Origin: a virus
Lineage: Duplodnaviria; Caudoviricetes
DNA: 64,000 nucleotides
IMG/VR virus record: IMGVR_UViG_3300031992_000077
Coordinates: 13,329 to 77,328 of that record
Reading direction: 5' to 3' (one strand)
Made by a program: the position numbers and the translations under genes. The notes under the pieces are model-generated. The model searched no databases, was not told the origin of the DNA, and was given only the letters and a program-made list of their open reading frames with translations. This document shows positions 9,391 to 20,293 of this stretch, piece by piece (position 1 is the first letter of the stretch; the number at the start of each line of letters is the position of its first letter).

Positions 9391-9636
9391 ATGGAATATC
9401 CTAAATGTGGTTCATATAATGATTATAATAGAATAAGCTGTAAAAAATGTGGGTATAAAAGAGAAAAGATAGTAAAACTTAATAAAGGAGATATTTTTAT
9501 AATAGATGTCCATACTTTTTTAAGAGAAGAAATGTATAAAAATCCTATATTTAAAGTTTTAACAAGAGAAGAAATAATAAAAGAAAATATGTATATTCCT
9601 AATGAATATGGCTGGTTAGTAATAAAAATGGAGTAA
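9391..9636 (+). CDS. Hypothetical protein (N-terminal Cys cluster)
   Basis: GGAG RBS; 81 aa; PKCGS...CKKCG. Confidence 0.55.
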   Translation: MEYPKCGSYNDYNRISCKKCGYKREKIVKLNKGDIFIIDVHTFLREEMYKNPIFKVLTREEIIKENMYIPNEYGWLVIKME

Positions 9637-9640
9637 AATT

Positions 9641-9847
9641 ATGTTTAAAGAAGATTATGAAGATTATAATATCCATGATATTGAAATGGAGATAGCTCGT
9701 GAACCTCTTAAAATAATAGAACCATCATATGAATATTTATTAGGTTTTTATGATGGTATTTTTTGTGAGCAAGGCCAATTTGAACTAAGTTATGATTATT
9801 TAAAAGGATTTTATGAAGGCGTGAAAGTGAGGAAAAGTAATAGATGA
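9641..9847 (+). CDS. Hypothetical protein with internal YEYLLGFYDG/YDYLKGFYEG repeat
   Basis: GGAG RBS; 68 aa. Confidence 0.6.
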   Translation: MFKEDYEDYNIHDIEMEIAREPLKIIEPSYEYLLGFYDGIFCEQGQFELSYDYLKGFYEGVKVRKSNR

Positions 9848-10320
9848 ATGAAGATATAGTTTATTTTTCTTTTAATAATTGGTTTAGCGGTAGAGATTAT
9901 CCTATTGGAGATAAATACGAAGAATTAATAAATTCTCATAAATTTAGTAACGAAAATTGGGTTAAAGAAAATAAACTTGTTGTAGTAACTGGCAATATTG
10001 ATATGTCTGTTAATTGGTGTATTGCTGCACCAAGGAAATGGGTAGAAGAAAATTTGCCAGAACTTTTAACTAATAAGGAATATAATTATGATATTATTAC
10101 TTATTATAAAGGTAAGGAAACAGTAACCACATATACCAAAAAATATAGTGATTTTGTATACCCTGGAACTCCTTGGGAATGTAAATATGGTATGCCTTTT
10201 AAAGAATATGATGAAGAAGCAGCAGGTGTGTATTATATAGAAGAGGACGAGTGGGAATGGAATGATGATGAAGAGGACGAAGAAGAATGGAATGATGATG
10301 AAGAGGACGAAGAAGAATGA
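9844..10320 (+). CDS. Hypothetical protein with acidic tail
   Basis: 158 aa; ATG overlaps the previous stop. Confidence 0.7.
   Translation: MNEDIVYFSFNNWFSGRDYPIGDKYEELINSHKFSNENWVKENKLVVVTGNIDMSVNWCIAAPRKWVEENLPELLTNKEYNYDIITYYKGKETVTTYTKKYSDFVYPGTPWECKYGMPFKEYDEEAAGVYYIEEDEWEWNDDEEDEEEWNDDEEDEEE
10256..10320 (+). repeat. 30-bp tandem duplication encoding WNDDEEDEEE twice
   Basis: AATGGAATGATGATGAAGAGGACGAAGAAG repeated. Confidence 0.85.
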
Positions 10321-10490
10321 TTAAATATATCTGTGATAAATGTGGTAAAGAAATAGATAAATTTTTATTAAGAGATTGTATGATTATGTCAGTTACTGGA
10401 CGTTATGCAAGATATGATAAAAGTGAAATCATATTATGCGAAAATTGTAAGGAAAATTTCAATAATTGGATAGGTGATACAGATGAGTGA
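10317..10490 (+). CDS. Small zinc-ribbon protein, 57 aa
   Basis: MIKYICDKCGK...ILCENCKENF; below the ORF-track size cutoff. Confidence 0.6.
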   Translation: MIKYICDKCGKEIDKFLLRDCMIMSVTGRYARYDKSEIILCENCKENFNNWIGDTDE

Positions 10491-12837
10491 ATTAAAACCA
10501 GTAATTGAACAATCTTTCGCGCAATATGCTGGCATGGTAATTCAATCCCGTGCGCTTGTTGACGCGCGCGATGGGCTCAAACCTTCTGCACGCCAAATCT
10601 TCTATTCAATGCTCCTTCATAAACTCACTCATAATAATCCCTATAAGAAAACTGCTAATGCTGTTGGTATGGCCATGGCAGATTTCTATATTCATGGCGA
10701 TTCGAGCTGTGAAGGAATTATTATGCGCGCCGGTCAGAACTTTGCTATGCGTTATCCGCTCGTAGATGTAAAAGGTAACTCTGGCTCTCTTATTGAAAGT
10801 GGTAACTGGGCCGCTATGCGTTATACGGAGAGCCGTTTGTCTGCGCTTTCTAATATTCTCTTTACAGATATTGATAAAGATACCGTAACGGAATGGCGCG
10901 ACAGCTACGATAATACAAAACAATACCCAGCGGTTCTTCCGTCAAAAGGTTTTTATAATCTTTGTAATGGTACAAGTGGTATCGCAGTAGGTCTTGCAAG
11001 TTCTATTCCGCAGTTTAATTTAAAGGAACTTAATAATGCGCTTATTAATCTTATTCAAAATCCAGATTGTGATTTTGATGATATTTACTGCGCGCCTGAC
11101 TTTGCTACTGGCGCGGTTCTACTTAATGCAGATGAAGTAAAAGAGAGTTTACGTGCTGGTAACGGGCCGGCTTGTAAATTGAGAAGTGTTGTTGAATTTG
11201 ATACGGCTGAAAGATGTTTTGTAGTAAAAGAAATTCCTTATTCTGTTTATACAAATACTATTTGTAAACAGCTTGAAGAACTCATAGAATCAGAAGAGAA
11301 CCCTGGAATTGAACGTTTTAATGACTTAACTGGCGCGACGCCTTTGATTAAGATTTACCTTGCAAAAAAAGCAAATCCAGATAAGGTATTAAAGTATTTG
11401 TATAAAAATACTTCACTCCAGTATTACTATGGCATTAATCTTACTATGCTTGATGGTGGTAAATATCCTAAAGTATTTACATGGCGCGAAGCTCTTCAAG
11501 CGCATATTGACCACGAAAAAGTTGTATATCGTCGTGGCTTTGAACATGATTTGAATAAGATGAAGTTTCGTGTTCATATTATTGAAGGGCTCTTGATTTG
11601 TATCGCGCGCATTGAAAAGGTCATTCAGACAATTAAATCTTCGAGTTCTACCGCAGAAGCAAGCGCGCGCCTTCAAAAAGAATATCTTCTTGATGCCGAC
11701 CAAGCAAAGGCAGTCCTAGACTTAAAACTTAGCCGATTAGCGCACCTTGAAGTAACTAAGCTGAACGGCGAAAAAAATGACCTACTCGAAAAAATTGGTG
11801 CAATCGAACAAATTTTAAATGATGAAATCCTATTTAATAATGAGCTTATTAAGGGTTGGAAGGAAGTTGCCGCAAAATATGGCGACGCGCGCCGTACACA
11901 CATATTAAATATCTCGAAAGAAGATGAAGAGGAACCGACTGAGGTTCGTAATCTAATTCTTAACTTTACAAATAAGGGCGGAATTTATGTAACTGAAAGC
12001 TCTTCTCTCTATACACAGCGTCGAGGCGGAGTTGGAAGTAAGTTTAAAATGGAGAAAGGAGAATATATTGTTGGTACTGAAACCGGTGATAATACCGATA
12101 TAGTTCTATTATTCTCCGATAAAGGAAATTTCTTCCAAATTAAAATGAGTGAATTTCCAGTAAATGAAAAAACTTACATAACTCAATTTATTACTATGAC
12201 GGCGACAGAATCTATTTGTAACGCCGCAGTTTATGCGAAGAATGAAAATAAGAATATTTATTTTATTACAAAGAATGGTTTACTTAAAAAATCTCTCTTA
12301 TCTGAATACTACCTTAAACGTGGTAATAGCGCCCGCGCCATAAATCTTGACAGTGATGATGAAATAGTAAGTGTATTCTTTGGAAATGATAACCTTGATT
12401 GTGGTATTCTTAGTAGCGATGGAAACTTTATCATGTTTAAAACTGATGATGTAAAGCCTATTGGTCGTATAGCACGCGGTGTAAAAGCTATTAAACTTAA
12501 TGACGGAGCTTTCGTACAAGATGCTCGAATGATACCAAAGGATACTAAAACTATTATCTCTGTAACAAAGAAAGGTCTAACGAAACAAACAAATATAGAT
12601 GAATTTTCTTATACAAATAAAAATACAAAAGGTTCTAAAATCCAAGGTTTAACAACAGATGATATGGTAGTTTCTTTTGATGCACTTAGCGCGGAGACTG
12701 AAATTATTGTTACATCTACTACATCACAGATACGAGTCGCAGCGGCGGAAATCCCAATGCTTTCTCGTTCAGCGCAAGGAGTTCATGTAATAAAACTTAA
12801 ACCGTTGGAACAAGTAATTCAGATAGAAAAAATTTAA
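10483..12837 (+). CDS. gyrA: DNA gyrase subunit A (no TAG)
   Basis: DGLKPSARQI, IHGDSS, AAMRYTE active site, C-terminal beta-pinwheel repeats with GyrA-box-like QRRGGVG. Confidence 0.93.
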   Translation: MSELKPVIEQSFAQYAGMVIQSRALVDARDGLKPSARQIFYSMLLHKLTHNNPYKKTANAVGMAMADFYIHGDSSCEGIIMRAGQNFAMRYPLVDVKGNSGSLIESGNWAAMRYTESRLSALSNILFTDIDKDTVTEWRDSYDNTKQYPAVLPSKGFYNLCNGTSGIAVGLASSIPQFNLKELNNALINLIQNPDCDFDDIYCAPDFATGAVLLNADEVKESLRAGNGPACKLRSVVEFDTAERCFVVKEIPYSVYTNTICKQLEELIESEENPGIERFNDLTGATPLIKIYLAKKANPDKVLKYLYKNTSLQYYYGINLTMLDGGKYPKVFTWREALQAHIDHEKVVYRRGFEHDLNKMKFRVHIIEGLLICIARIEKVIQTIKSSSSTAEASARLQKEYLLDADQAKAVLDLKLSRLAHLEVTKLNGEKNDLLEKIGAIEQILNDEILFNNELIKGWKEVAAKYGDARRTHILNISKEDEEEPTEVRNLILNFTNKGGIYVTESSSLYTQRRGGVGSKFKMEKGEYIVGTETGDNTDIVLLFSDKGNFFQIKMSEFPVNEKTYITQFITMTATESICNAAVYAKNENKNIYFITKNGLLKKSLLSEYYLKRGNSARAINLDSDDEIVSVFFGNDNLDCGILSSDGNFIMFKTDDVKPIGRIARGVKAIKLNDGAFVQDARMIPKDTKTIISVTKKGLTKQTNIDEFSYTNKNTKGSKIQGLTTDDMVVSFDALSAETEIIVTSTTSQIRVAAAEIPMLSRSAQGVHVIKLKPLEQVIQIEKI

Positions 12838-12854
12838 TGTATAATAATTAAAAT

Positions 12855-12883
12855 TTGAATTTTTATAAAAATTCTGATATAAT
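12855..12883 (+). promoter_or_regulatory. SigmaA-type promoter
   Basis: TTGAAT-17 nt-TATAAT with TG. Confidence 0.7.
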
Positions 12884-12952
12884 ATATATAGAAAGTTGAG
12901 AGAGGAAATCTCAATTTGATAGAAAAATAAAAATATAAGGAGAAAAAAAGTT

Positions 12953-13219
12953 ATGAAGTTGACAGAAAAGCAGGCAATGGTATTCAATTATGTTAAGGAG
13001 AACGGTGGTCGTGTTGCGATGGAGGAGCTTTGTGCTGCTCTGGGTAGTGATGCTAAGCACTTGAATCCCGTTGTTACTGGTCTCGGTGTTAAGGGCGAGC
13101 GCGCTAAGGGTCTGTTGGATTATGAGAAGATTCCTGTGGAAGGTTCTGATAAGCCGGCAAAGTACGTGTTCCTGACCGAAGCTGGTAAGACTTTCGTTCC
13201 TAGTGATGACGAAGAGTAA
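12953..13219 (+). CDS. Small winged-helix-like DNA-binding protein, probably highly expressed
   Basis: LTEKQAMVFNYVKENGG...helix-turn-helix...YVFLTEAGK wing pattern; AAG/GAG-rich codon usage; strong RBS. Confidence 0.6.
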   Translation: MKLTEKQAMVFNYVKENGGRVAMEELCAALGSDAKHLNPVVTGLGVKGERAKGLLDYEKIPVEGSDKPAKYVFLTEAGKTFVPSDDEE

Positions 13220-13331
13220 GTAATTAATTCCATAGATATATAATATGGAATAGGAGCTAATCCTATTCTATATTCATATATAAGGACCAGTAGAATAAAA
13301 ATAAAATAAGATAAAAAATGGAGAGAATTAA

Positions 13332-14267
13332 ATGAGACAAGCAGAAAATAATGTACATATTGAAGGTATTTTATCGCAGATTGAATTGGAGAATGGTTCT
13401 TATATAAAAGACGGCAGAACTATTGAAACAGTTCGTGGCCGTATTTATGTTCGAGTTGATCAGACTATTAATGGTAAGCCCGTAACTAGTGAGATTCCTA
13501 TTGAGCTGTTTTCACCTAAGCTTACAAAAGGCGGTTCACCTAATCCTTCTTATGAATCTATTATGAAGATTAAGAATGATATGAAATCTATCGCTTCCGC
13601 TGGTAGTATCGATGGCGCGGATTGTGTAAGAATTAATGGGGCACGTATTCAGATGAATGAATATTTCGACCAAGCACAGCGGTTCGTTTCATTCCCTCGT
13701 ATCTCTGCGTCTTTTGTTAGTAAAATCGGTAAAGAAGCTATGGAGCCAAAGGCTACTTTTAATGTAGAAATGGTAATTGGCAGCCAGGGTTATGTTGAAA
13801 ATGCGGAAGGCGAACAGGTAGTAGATGCAGACGGTAATCCTCAGTATGAGATTATTGGCCTTGTTCCTATGTATGGGGATAAGATTGATAAAATTCGTTT
13901 TGTTTGCGCTAATGAAAACGTAATTAATTCTGTTAAGGATTATTGGGAAGATGGCGCGACTGTGAAAGCTAGTGGTCGTCTTAACTTTACTTCTATTACT
14001 GAAACAGTTACTACTGAACAGGGATTTGGAGAAAATATTGAATCTCATAGAACAAAGAGCATTAGAGACATTGTTATTACTGGTGGTCTTCCTACTCCTC
14101 TTGAAGGAGAAATGGCTTATACGGCAGGAGAAATTCAAAATGCACTGGCCGAGCGTCAGGCTCGTCTTGAACAATTAAAAGCTAAAAGCGCGACTGCTAC
14201 TCCGAAGACTCGTCCAGCTCCAGCACCTATTAGCGGTGGAAGAAAGGCACTTGATCTCGGATTTTAA
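13332..14267 (+). CDS. Single-stranded DNA-binding protein-like (tandem OB folds; no TAG)
   Basis: beta-rich; G(A/D)TVKASGRLNF motif; flexible C-tail ending DLGF; lies upstream of a Sak4-like ATPase. Confidence 0.6.
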   Translation: MRQAENNVHIEGILSQIELENGSYIKDGRTIETVRGRIYVRVDQTINGKPVTSEIPIELFSPKLTKGGSPNPSYESIMKIKNDMKSIASAGSIDGADCVRINGARIQMNEYFDQAQRFVSFPRISASFVSKIGKEAMEPKATFNVEMVIGSQGYVENAEGEQVVDADGNPQYEIIGLVPMYGDKIDKIRFVCANENVINSVKDYWEDGATVKASGRLNFTSITETVTTEQGFGENIESHRTKSIRDIVITGGLPTPLEGEMAYTAGEIQNALAERQARLEQLKAKSATATPKTRPAPAPISGGRKALDLGF

Positions 14268-14280
14268 GAGGTAATGCAGT

Positions 14281-15249
14281 ATGGCCATTGATATTTTAAA
14301 TATTGAGCCAACTGTAATTAGTAGAGATTTAAAAGGGAAGTATGTGTTACTTTATGGTAAGCCAAAGAGTGGGAAGACTACAGCTGCCTGCTCTTTCCCT
14401 AATTCTCTTTTAATTGCTTTTGAGAAAGGCTATAATGCCATTGGTGGTATTAGGGCGGCAGATGTAACCCGTTGGAGTGATTTTAAGACAATTTTGCGCC
14501 AGCTTGAAAAACCCGAAGCGCGCCAAATGTATGAAACTATTATTATTGATACTATCTCTATTGCTTGGGATTATTGTGAATAGTTTATTTGCGCGCAAAA
14601 TGGCGTATAGAAAATTGCTGATATCGCCTGGGGTGGCGGATATAGCGCTTGTAAGAAAGAGTTTGAATCTAGTTTGCGTAAGATTACATTACTAGGTTAT
14701 GGACTTGTTCTGATTTGCCATAGTGGTTCACGCATTGAGAAAACTGCGGAAGGTAATGAGATGGAGATTATATTCCCCGATATGCCAAAGCGCGCGGCCG
14801 AAATTTGTAATGGTCTTGTTGACGTTATTGGTTATATTGGCGGAGAGTATAATACTGAAGGGGATTTTGAGAGGTATTTATATACTAGAGAAACCCCTAG
14901 TCTATTCGCCGGCAGTCGATTTAAATATCTCGCGCCAAAGATTAAGTTTGGATATACCGAGTTAGTTAATGCTATTGCAGATGCTATTGAAATGGCAGAA
15001 AAGATTGACGGTGTAAAAGTAGTAGATAAAGCAGAAGTTAAAGTCGAAGAGAAACTTGATTTTACAACAGTAAGAGCTGAAGCCGCAGATTTGTGGGCGA
15101 AATTAGTAGAACAAAATGAGGAAAATGCTAATATTATCTTAAAGAAAATTGAGATAATTATGGGTCATAAGATGAGACTTTCAGAATTTACAGAAGATTA
15201 GGTAGATCTGTTGAACCTTGCCGTGAACGAAATGCGAGATATGCTTTAA
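14281..15249 (+). CDS. AAA_24/Sak4-like ATPase, 322 aa (3 TAG)
   Basis: YGKPKSGKTT Walker A, IIIDTI Walker B, DVIGY; joins track ORFs via CE(Q)FICAQNGV(Q)KIAD and ED(Q)VDLL. Confidence 0.8.
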
Positions 15250-15261
15250 AATTTAATATAA

Positions 15262-15292
15262 ATATAGTATAGAGCAGGCTAGAAATGGTCTG
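15262..15292 (+). terminator. Hairpin downstream of the ATPase gene
   Basis: TAGAGCAG...CTGCTCTA stem. Confidence 0.5.
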
Positions 15293-15304
15293 CTCTATTA
15301 AATT

Positions 15305-15332
15305 TGACTTTTTTTTAATTCTATGGTATAAT
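15305..15332 (+). promoter_or_regulatory. SigmaA-type promoter for the helicase/primase operon
   Basis: TTGACT-16 nt-TATAAT with TG. Confidence 0.7.
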
Positions 15333-15361
15333 ATATATAGGAAGAGAATAGGAGAAAAATT

Positions 15362-15898
15362 ATGCCAATTTGTAGAGTCTGTAAGCAAGAAATAGATAAA
15401 GAATTAGATGATTGGGTAATGCCGTCGCGCAATTGGTATTATCATAAAATATGTTATGAAAATTTTAAAAAAGAAAAAGAAGTTAAATCTGATGAAGATT
15501 ATATTGATTTAATATTTGATTACATCGCGCGCGACCTAAAAGTTTCTTATGATTACCATAAAATAAAAGCATAGATAAAAAATTTTGTAAAAAATGGAAT
15601 GACGTGTAAAGGAATATTGTTTACTTTAAAATATTATTATGATAAGTACAGTAAAGAAAATTGGGATAAAGGATATGGCGGAATTGGTATAGTACCATAT
15701 TTTTATAAAGAAGCAACAGAATACTGGACAAATATCGAGCTTAGAAAACGCGGTAGTTGTGAACTTATAGTACAACAAATTAAAAGTTTAAAAGAAATAG
15801 AAGAAAAAGAAATTAAATATAATCCTATTCAAAAGAAAAAGAAAAAAGAAGAAATAGATTTTTCTGAAATATTAAAGGAGGACGAACTTGATAGTTGA
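15362..15898 (+). CDS. Zn-finger protein preceding DnaB (possible helicase loader), 178 aa (1 TAG)
   Basis: CRVC...HKIC; track ORFs 15362 and 15599 are in frame across KA(Q)IKNF. Confidence 0.7.
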
Positions 15899-17450
15899 TA
15901 AAAACTGTATCCAACAAGTGTTGGGTGGAATAATTAAAAAACCAAGTATTTTAGTCGAAACAGAAAAATATAGCTTATCAATTCAAGATTTTAGTTCTAC
16001 TTTTGAAAAAGTCATCTTTCAAGCAATTAAAGGATTATACGAGAACGGCGCGAAATCAATAAATATAATAGATATAGAAAATGCTCTTGACAATAACGCC
16101 GGTGCGAAAAAAATATATGAAACTAATAATGGAATTGAATATCTTCAGGATATAGATAGCTTTGTAGATATAGATAACTTTGATTATTATTATAATAAAT
16201 TAAAAAAGATTAATTTACTTCGAGATTTTCAAAGGCAAGGAATTAATATTTCTCAATTCTATATTGAAGATTTAACAAATGAAAAAGCGTATGAAGTAAA
16301 TAGTAAATTTGAAAGTTTATCTATTCAAGATATCATAGATGGTATTAAAAAGAAAATACTGGGTCTTGAAAATAGTTATATTAAAAATGATGTAACAGAA
16401 ACAAGGAATGTTTTTGAAGGACTAGAAGATTTACTTAGTAATATAAAAGAAGGTAACTCTGGTATTGGTATGCCGCTACAAGGCGCGATATATAATACGG
16501 TTGTAAGCGGCGCACGTCGTGGCGCGCTGTATATTCGAAGCGGCGGAAGTGGTGTATCTAAAACTCGACAGGCAGTAGGTGATGCATGTTATCTTGCTTT
16601 TCCATTTAGATATAACTTTACAGAATGTGAGTGGGAACAAGCAGGTAATAGTGAGAAAGTATTATTTATTGCAACTGAGCAAGATTTTAGTGAAATTCAG
16701 AAAATGATTTTAGCCTATGTTAGTGGAATTAATGAAGATAGATTTAAATATGGAAATTTTACAACCTTAGAAAAGCAAGTAATAGAAAAAGCAGTAACAA
16801 TCATTGAGAAATATAAAGATAATTTTCATATTGTACGAATGCCGAATCCAACGATTGGACTAGTTAAAAATATTATAAGAGAAAATTGTTTAATTTATGA
16901 TATTGGATATGTATTTTATGATTATATTTTTATTGGTCCTTCATTACTTGGAGAATTTAAAGGTTTTAATTTAAGAAATGATGAAGTATTGTTGATGTTT
17001 GCAACGGCGCTGAAAGATTTGGCGGTTGAGCAGAACGTATGCGTAATGACATCAACGCAGTTAAATGCAAAAGGTGACGATAATCAAAATATAAGAAATG
17101 AAGGTAGTTTGGCCGGCGGTCGTGCGACAATAAATAAAGCAGATATTGGCGCGATTATGGCGCGGCCAACAAAAGAAGAATTAGAAGTATTAGCGGATGT
17201 AATTAGTAATTTTAGTAATAGTCCAAATATAGTAACTGATATTTATAAAGTTAGAAGTGGTGTGTATACTCAAACTCGAATTTGGTCTTATGTAGATTTG
17301 GGTACGTTACGCAAACAGGATTTATTTATAACTAATAATCGTCTAGAACCTATTGAATTTAATTTTACTGGAATAGAGAGAATGAAAAATTGGGAAGACG
17401 ATGATTGGGAAGAAATAAGAAAGTTAAATAGGGAATTAAATGGATTATAA
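15888..17450 (+). CDS. dnaB: DnaB-like replicative helicase (no TAG)
   Basis: SGGSGVSKT Walker A variant, FIATEQ, FYDYI, TSTQLN, ADIG. Confidence 0.85.
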   Translation: MIVDKNCIQQVLGGIIKKPSILVETEKYSLSIQDFSSTFEKVIFQAIKGLYENGAKSINIIDIENALDNNAGAKKIYETNNGIEYLQDIDSFVDIDNFDYYYNKLKKINLLRDFQRQGINISQFYIEDLTNEKAYEVNSKFESLSIQDIIDGIKKKILGLENSYIKNDVTETRNVFEGLEDLLSNIKEGNSGIGMPLQGAIYNTVVSGARRGALYIRSGGSGVSKTRQAVGDACYLAFPFRYNFTECEWEQAGNSEKVLFIATEQDFSEIQKMILAYVSGINEDRFKYGNFTTLEKQVIEKAVTIIEKYKDNFHIVRMPNPTIGLVKNIIRENCLIYDIGYVFYDYIFIGPSLLGEFKGFNLRNDEVLLMFATALKDLAVEQNVCVMTSTQLNAKGDDNQNIRNEGSLAGGRATINKADIGAIMARPTKEELEVLADVISNFSNSPNIVTDIYKVRSGVYTQTRIWSYVDLGTLRKQDLFITNNRLEPIEFNFTGIERMKNWEDDDWEEIRKLNRELNGL

Positions 17451-18492
17451 AGAAATAATTAATAATTTAAAACCTGAAGCTATAATAAGTTTAATGGAAA
17501 AACTTGGGGTAAATAGGTATTTAGATAGAGGAGATTATATTATTTTTCCAACTATATGCCATAATATAGATGTAGAAGAAGCTTCTATGAAATTATATTA
17601 TTATAAAAATACTCATCTTTTTGTTTGTTATACTAATTGCGAAAGTATGAGTATTTTTAAATTTTTAAAAGAATATTATGACACTAGAAATATTACATAT
17701 AATTGGTATGATGATATTTATAAAGTTGTATTAAATTGCTCTTCTTTTAAACCAATAGAAGGTTTTGAAACAGCTAAATATAATAAATTAAGTGATAAAT
17801 ATAGGAAACGCAAACAAGAACAAGTATTAGAAGTATATCCAAATGGGTTAATAGATATTTTCGTAAAGAAATATCCTATAGAATGGATAGAAGATGGAAT
17901 TAGCAAAGAAGCGATGGATAAATATAATATTCGTTTCTCTATTCCACAAAACAAAATAATAATTCCACATTATAATATTTATAATGAATTAATTGGAATT
18001 AGAGGGCGCGCGCTCGATCCAGAAGAAGTAGAAACTGTAGGTAAATACATGCCAGTACAAATAGAAGGCAAATGGTATGCGCATCCTTTAAGTATGAATT
18101 TATATGGATTAAATCATAATAAAAATAACATAAAAAAATATGGAATTTGCTATATTGGAGAAGCAGAGAAATTTGTATTACAAATGGAAAGCTTTAATTT
18201 TCCTAATTGTAGTGTGGCAGTATGCGGAAGCCAATTTAATAAATATCAATTAAGTTTATTATTAAAAACTTGCACTCCAAGAGAAATTGTAATCTGCTTT
18301 GATAAAGAAGAAAAGCCAGGAGAAGACAAATATTTTAATAAATTATATAATATGTGTAGCAAATATAAAAATTATTGTAATATGAGCTTTATATATGATA
18401 CAAGAAATTTATTAAAATTAAAAGAAAGTCCAACTGATTGTGGGCAAAAAGTATTTGAAGAATTATTGAGAAGGAGAGTTTTTGTGAAGTGA
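17440..18492 (+). CDS. DNA primase (Zn-binding plus TOPRIM; no TAG)
   Basis: TICHN...CYTNC zinc site; IIIPHYN...IGIRGR; GEAEK; ICFDKE. Confidence 0.85.
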   Translation: MDYKEIINNLKPEAIISLMEKLGVNRYLDRGDYIIFPTICHNIDVEEASMKLYYYKNTHLFVCYTNCESMSIFKFLKEYYDTRNITYNWYDDIYKVVLNCSSFKPIEGFETAKYNKLSDKYRKRKQEQVLEVYPNGLIDIFVKKYPIEWIEDGISKEAMDKYNIRFSIPQNKIIIPHYNIYNELIGIRGRALDPEEVETVGKYMPVQIEGKWYAHPLSMNLYGLNHNKNNIKKYGICYIGEAEKFVLQMESFNFPNCSVAVCGSQFNKYQLSLLLKTCTPREIVICFDKEEKPGEDKYFNKLYNMCSKYKNYCNMSFIYDTRNLLKLKESPTDCGQKVFEELLRRRVFVK

Positions 18493-20231
18493 AGTATAGA
18501 GTAAAAGAGACAACAAATATTAAAAATAATTATGGAATAGGAGTACTTAGCGCGCGAGGCGTAGAAGATATACAACACTTTTTAAATCCAACGGCAGAGC
18601 ATTCATTACAAGATTTTAAAGATTTAGATGATATGTTCGATGCCGTAGAAATATTCGTAGCTGCATTAGATTGTGATACTCCTAAATTTGCGTTGGTAGT
18701 AGACTGTGATGTTGATGGGTTCACATCTGCTGCGATTCTATATCAATATATAAAAGATATAAAGCCAGAAGCTGAAATAGACTACTACTTACATAGCGGC
18801 AAACAGCATGGATTATCAGATTTGTGTGATATTATTATTGACAAAGATGACCATTATACGCTCTGTCTTGTACCCGATGCCGGCAGTAATGATTATGAAT
18901 TTATTGAAAGATTAGGAGAACTATCTTCTCCTACGCTCATTCTCGACCATCATATTATAGAAGATACTACAAAAATTAGTGATTGGTGCGTAATTGTAAA
19001 TAATCAAAACTCTCCGAAATATAAAAATAAAGATTTATCAGGCGCGGGAGTTACATATCAATTTTGTCGCGCGCTTGATTGGAGGCTTGGAAAGAATTTT
19101 GCAGATAAATATATCGACCTCGCTGCACTTGGTATTTGCGCGGATATGATGAGCGCGCTATCTGAAGAAAACCAATATTTTTGGAAAGAAGGATTTTCTC
19201 ATATTAATAATTTCTTTTTCCAAACTCTCTGCACAAAGCAAGAGTATTCAATGGGCGGGGTTATTAATCCTACTACAGTAGCTTTCTATATTGTACCTAT
19301 GATTAATGCTATGATTCGCGTCGGTTCAATGGATGAAAAAGATAGGTTGTTTCGTGCATTTATAAACGGGAAAGAGAAAGTACCTAGTAATAAGCGTGGC
19401 GCGAAAGGTACAATGGAATATGTTGCTGTAGAAAGCGCGCGAGAATGCACTAATGCGAAAGCACATCAAGATAAAGAAAAACAAGCTATTGTAGATAGAT
19501 TAAAAATTAAGATTAGTAATAATGATTTGTTAGATAATAAGGTTTTATTTATTCGGCTTGAAGACGATGATGATTTTCCTGCGGAACTTAATGGGCTGGT
19601 TGCGATGCAACTTTCTACCCTTTATAATCGTCCTACTATTGTAGCCAGATTAAATAGCGAAGGATTTGTACGTGGTAGTGCGCGCGGTCTTAACCAAAGC
19701 GAACTTACATCATTTAAAGATTTCTTAAATAACACTAAACTTTTTGAATATACAATGGGCCATGATAATGCGTTCGGTATTTCAATTAAGAATTCTGATT
19801 TAGCTAAATTTCATAAGATAGCTAATGAAGAACTCGCGCAGTATGATTTTGGAGAGAACGTATATGATGTAGATTTTGAGCGTGAAGCTTATGCGACAGA
19901 TATAAAAACTATTATTTTTGATTTAGCGCAATATACAGATGTATGGGGTTAGATGTGTCCCGAACCAGTCATCGCAGTAAAAGATTTGGTAGTGCGCGCG
20001 AGCGATGTACAGATTATAGGTAAAAATAAAGATACATTAAAAATTAGTAAGAACGGAATTACTTATATTAAATTTTTTGCGAAAGATTTAATTAGTGAAA
20101 TTTCTAAATATAACGAAATGCAGCTTGTTATTGTTGGTACTGCGAATGTAAATGAGTGGATGGGCAATGTAACGCCGCAGATTCTTATTAAAGATATAGA
20201 TATAAAGGAAATTACAAATTTAAGCTTTTGA
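18489..20231 (+). CDS. recJ: RecJ-like ssDNA exonuclease, 580 aa (1 TAG at 19950)
   Basis: DCDVDG, DHH, DLAALG, NAMIR, GSARG, GHDNAFG; W-G-(TAG)-M-C-P-E-P matches the RecJ WGQxFPEP motif. Confidence 0.9.
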
Positions 20232-20233
20232 AC

Positions 20234-20262
20234 TTGAAAAAGTTTTAAAATTATGATATAAT
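20234..20262 (+). promoter_or_regulatory. SigmaA-type promoter for dnaE
   Basis: TTGAAA-17 nt-TATAAT with TG. Confidence 0.75.
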
Positions 20263-20293
20263 ATAATTAGAAATAAAATGAAAGGAGAGATAG

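Noticed and set aside
10256-10320. Short direct repeats (also 1420-1470, 35420-35500, 43660-43750) as a CRISPR array or att sites
   Set aside because: All are in-frame coding duplications without unique spacers.
10474-10482. GTG start for gyrA given in the track
   Set aside because: ATG 10483 is better spaced from the AGGTG RBS; the difference is only three codons.
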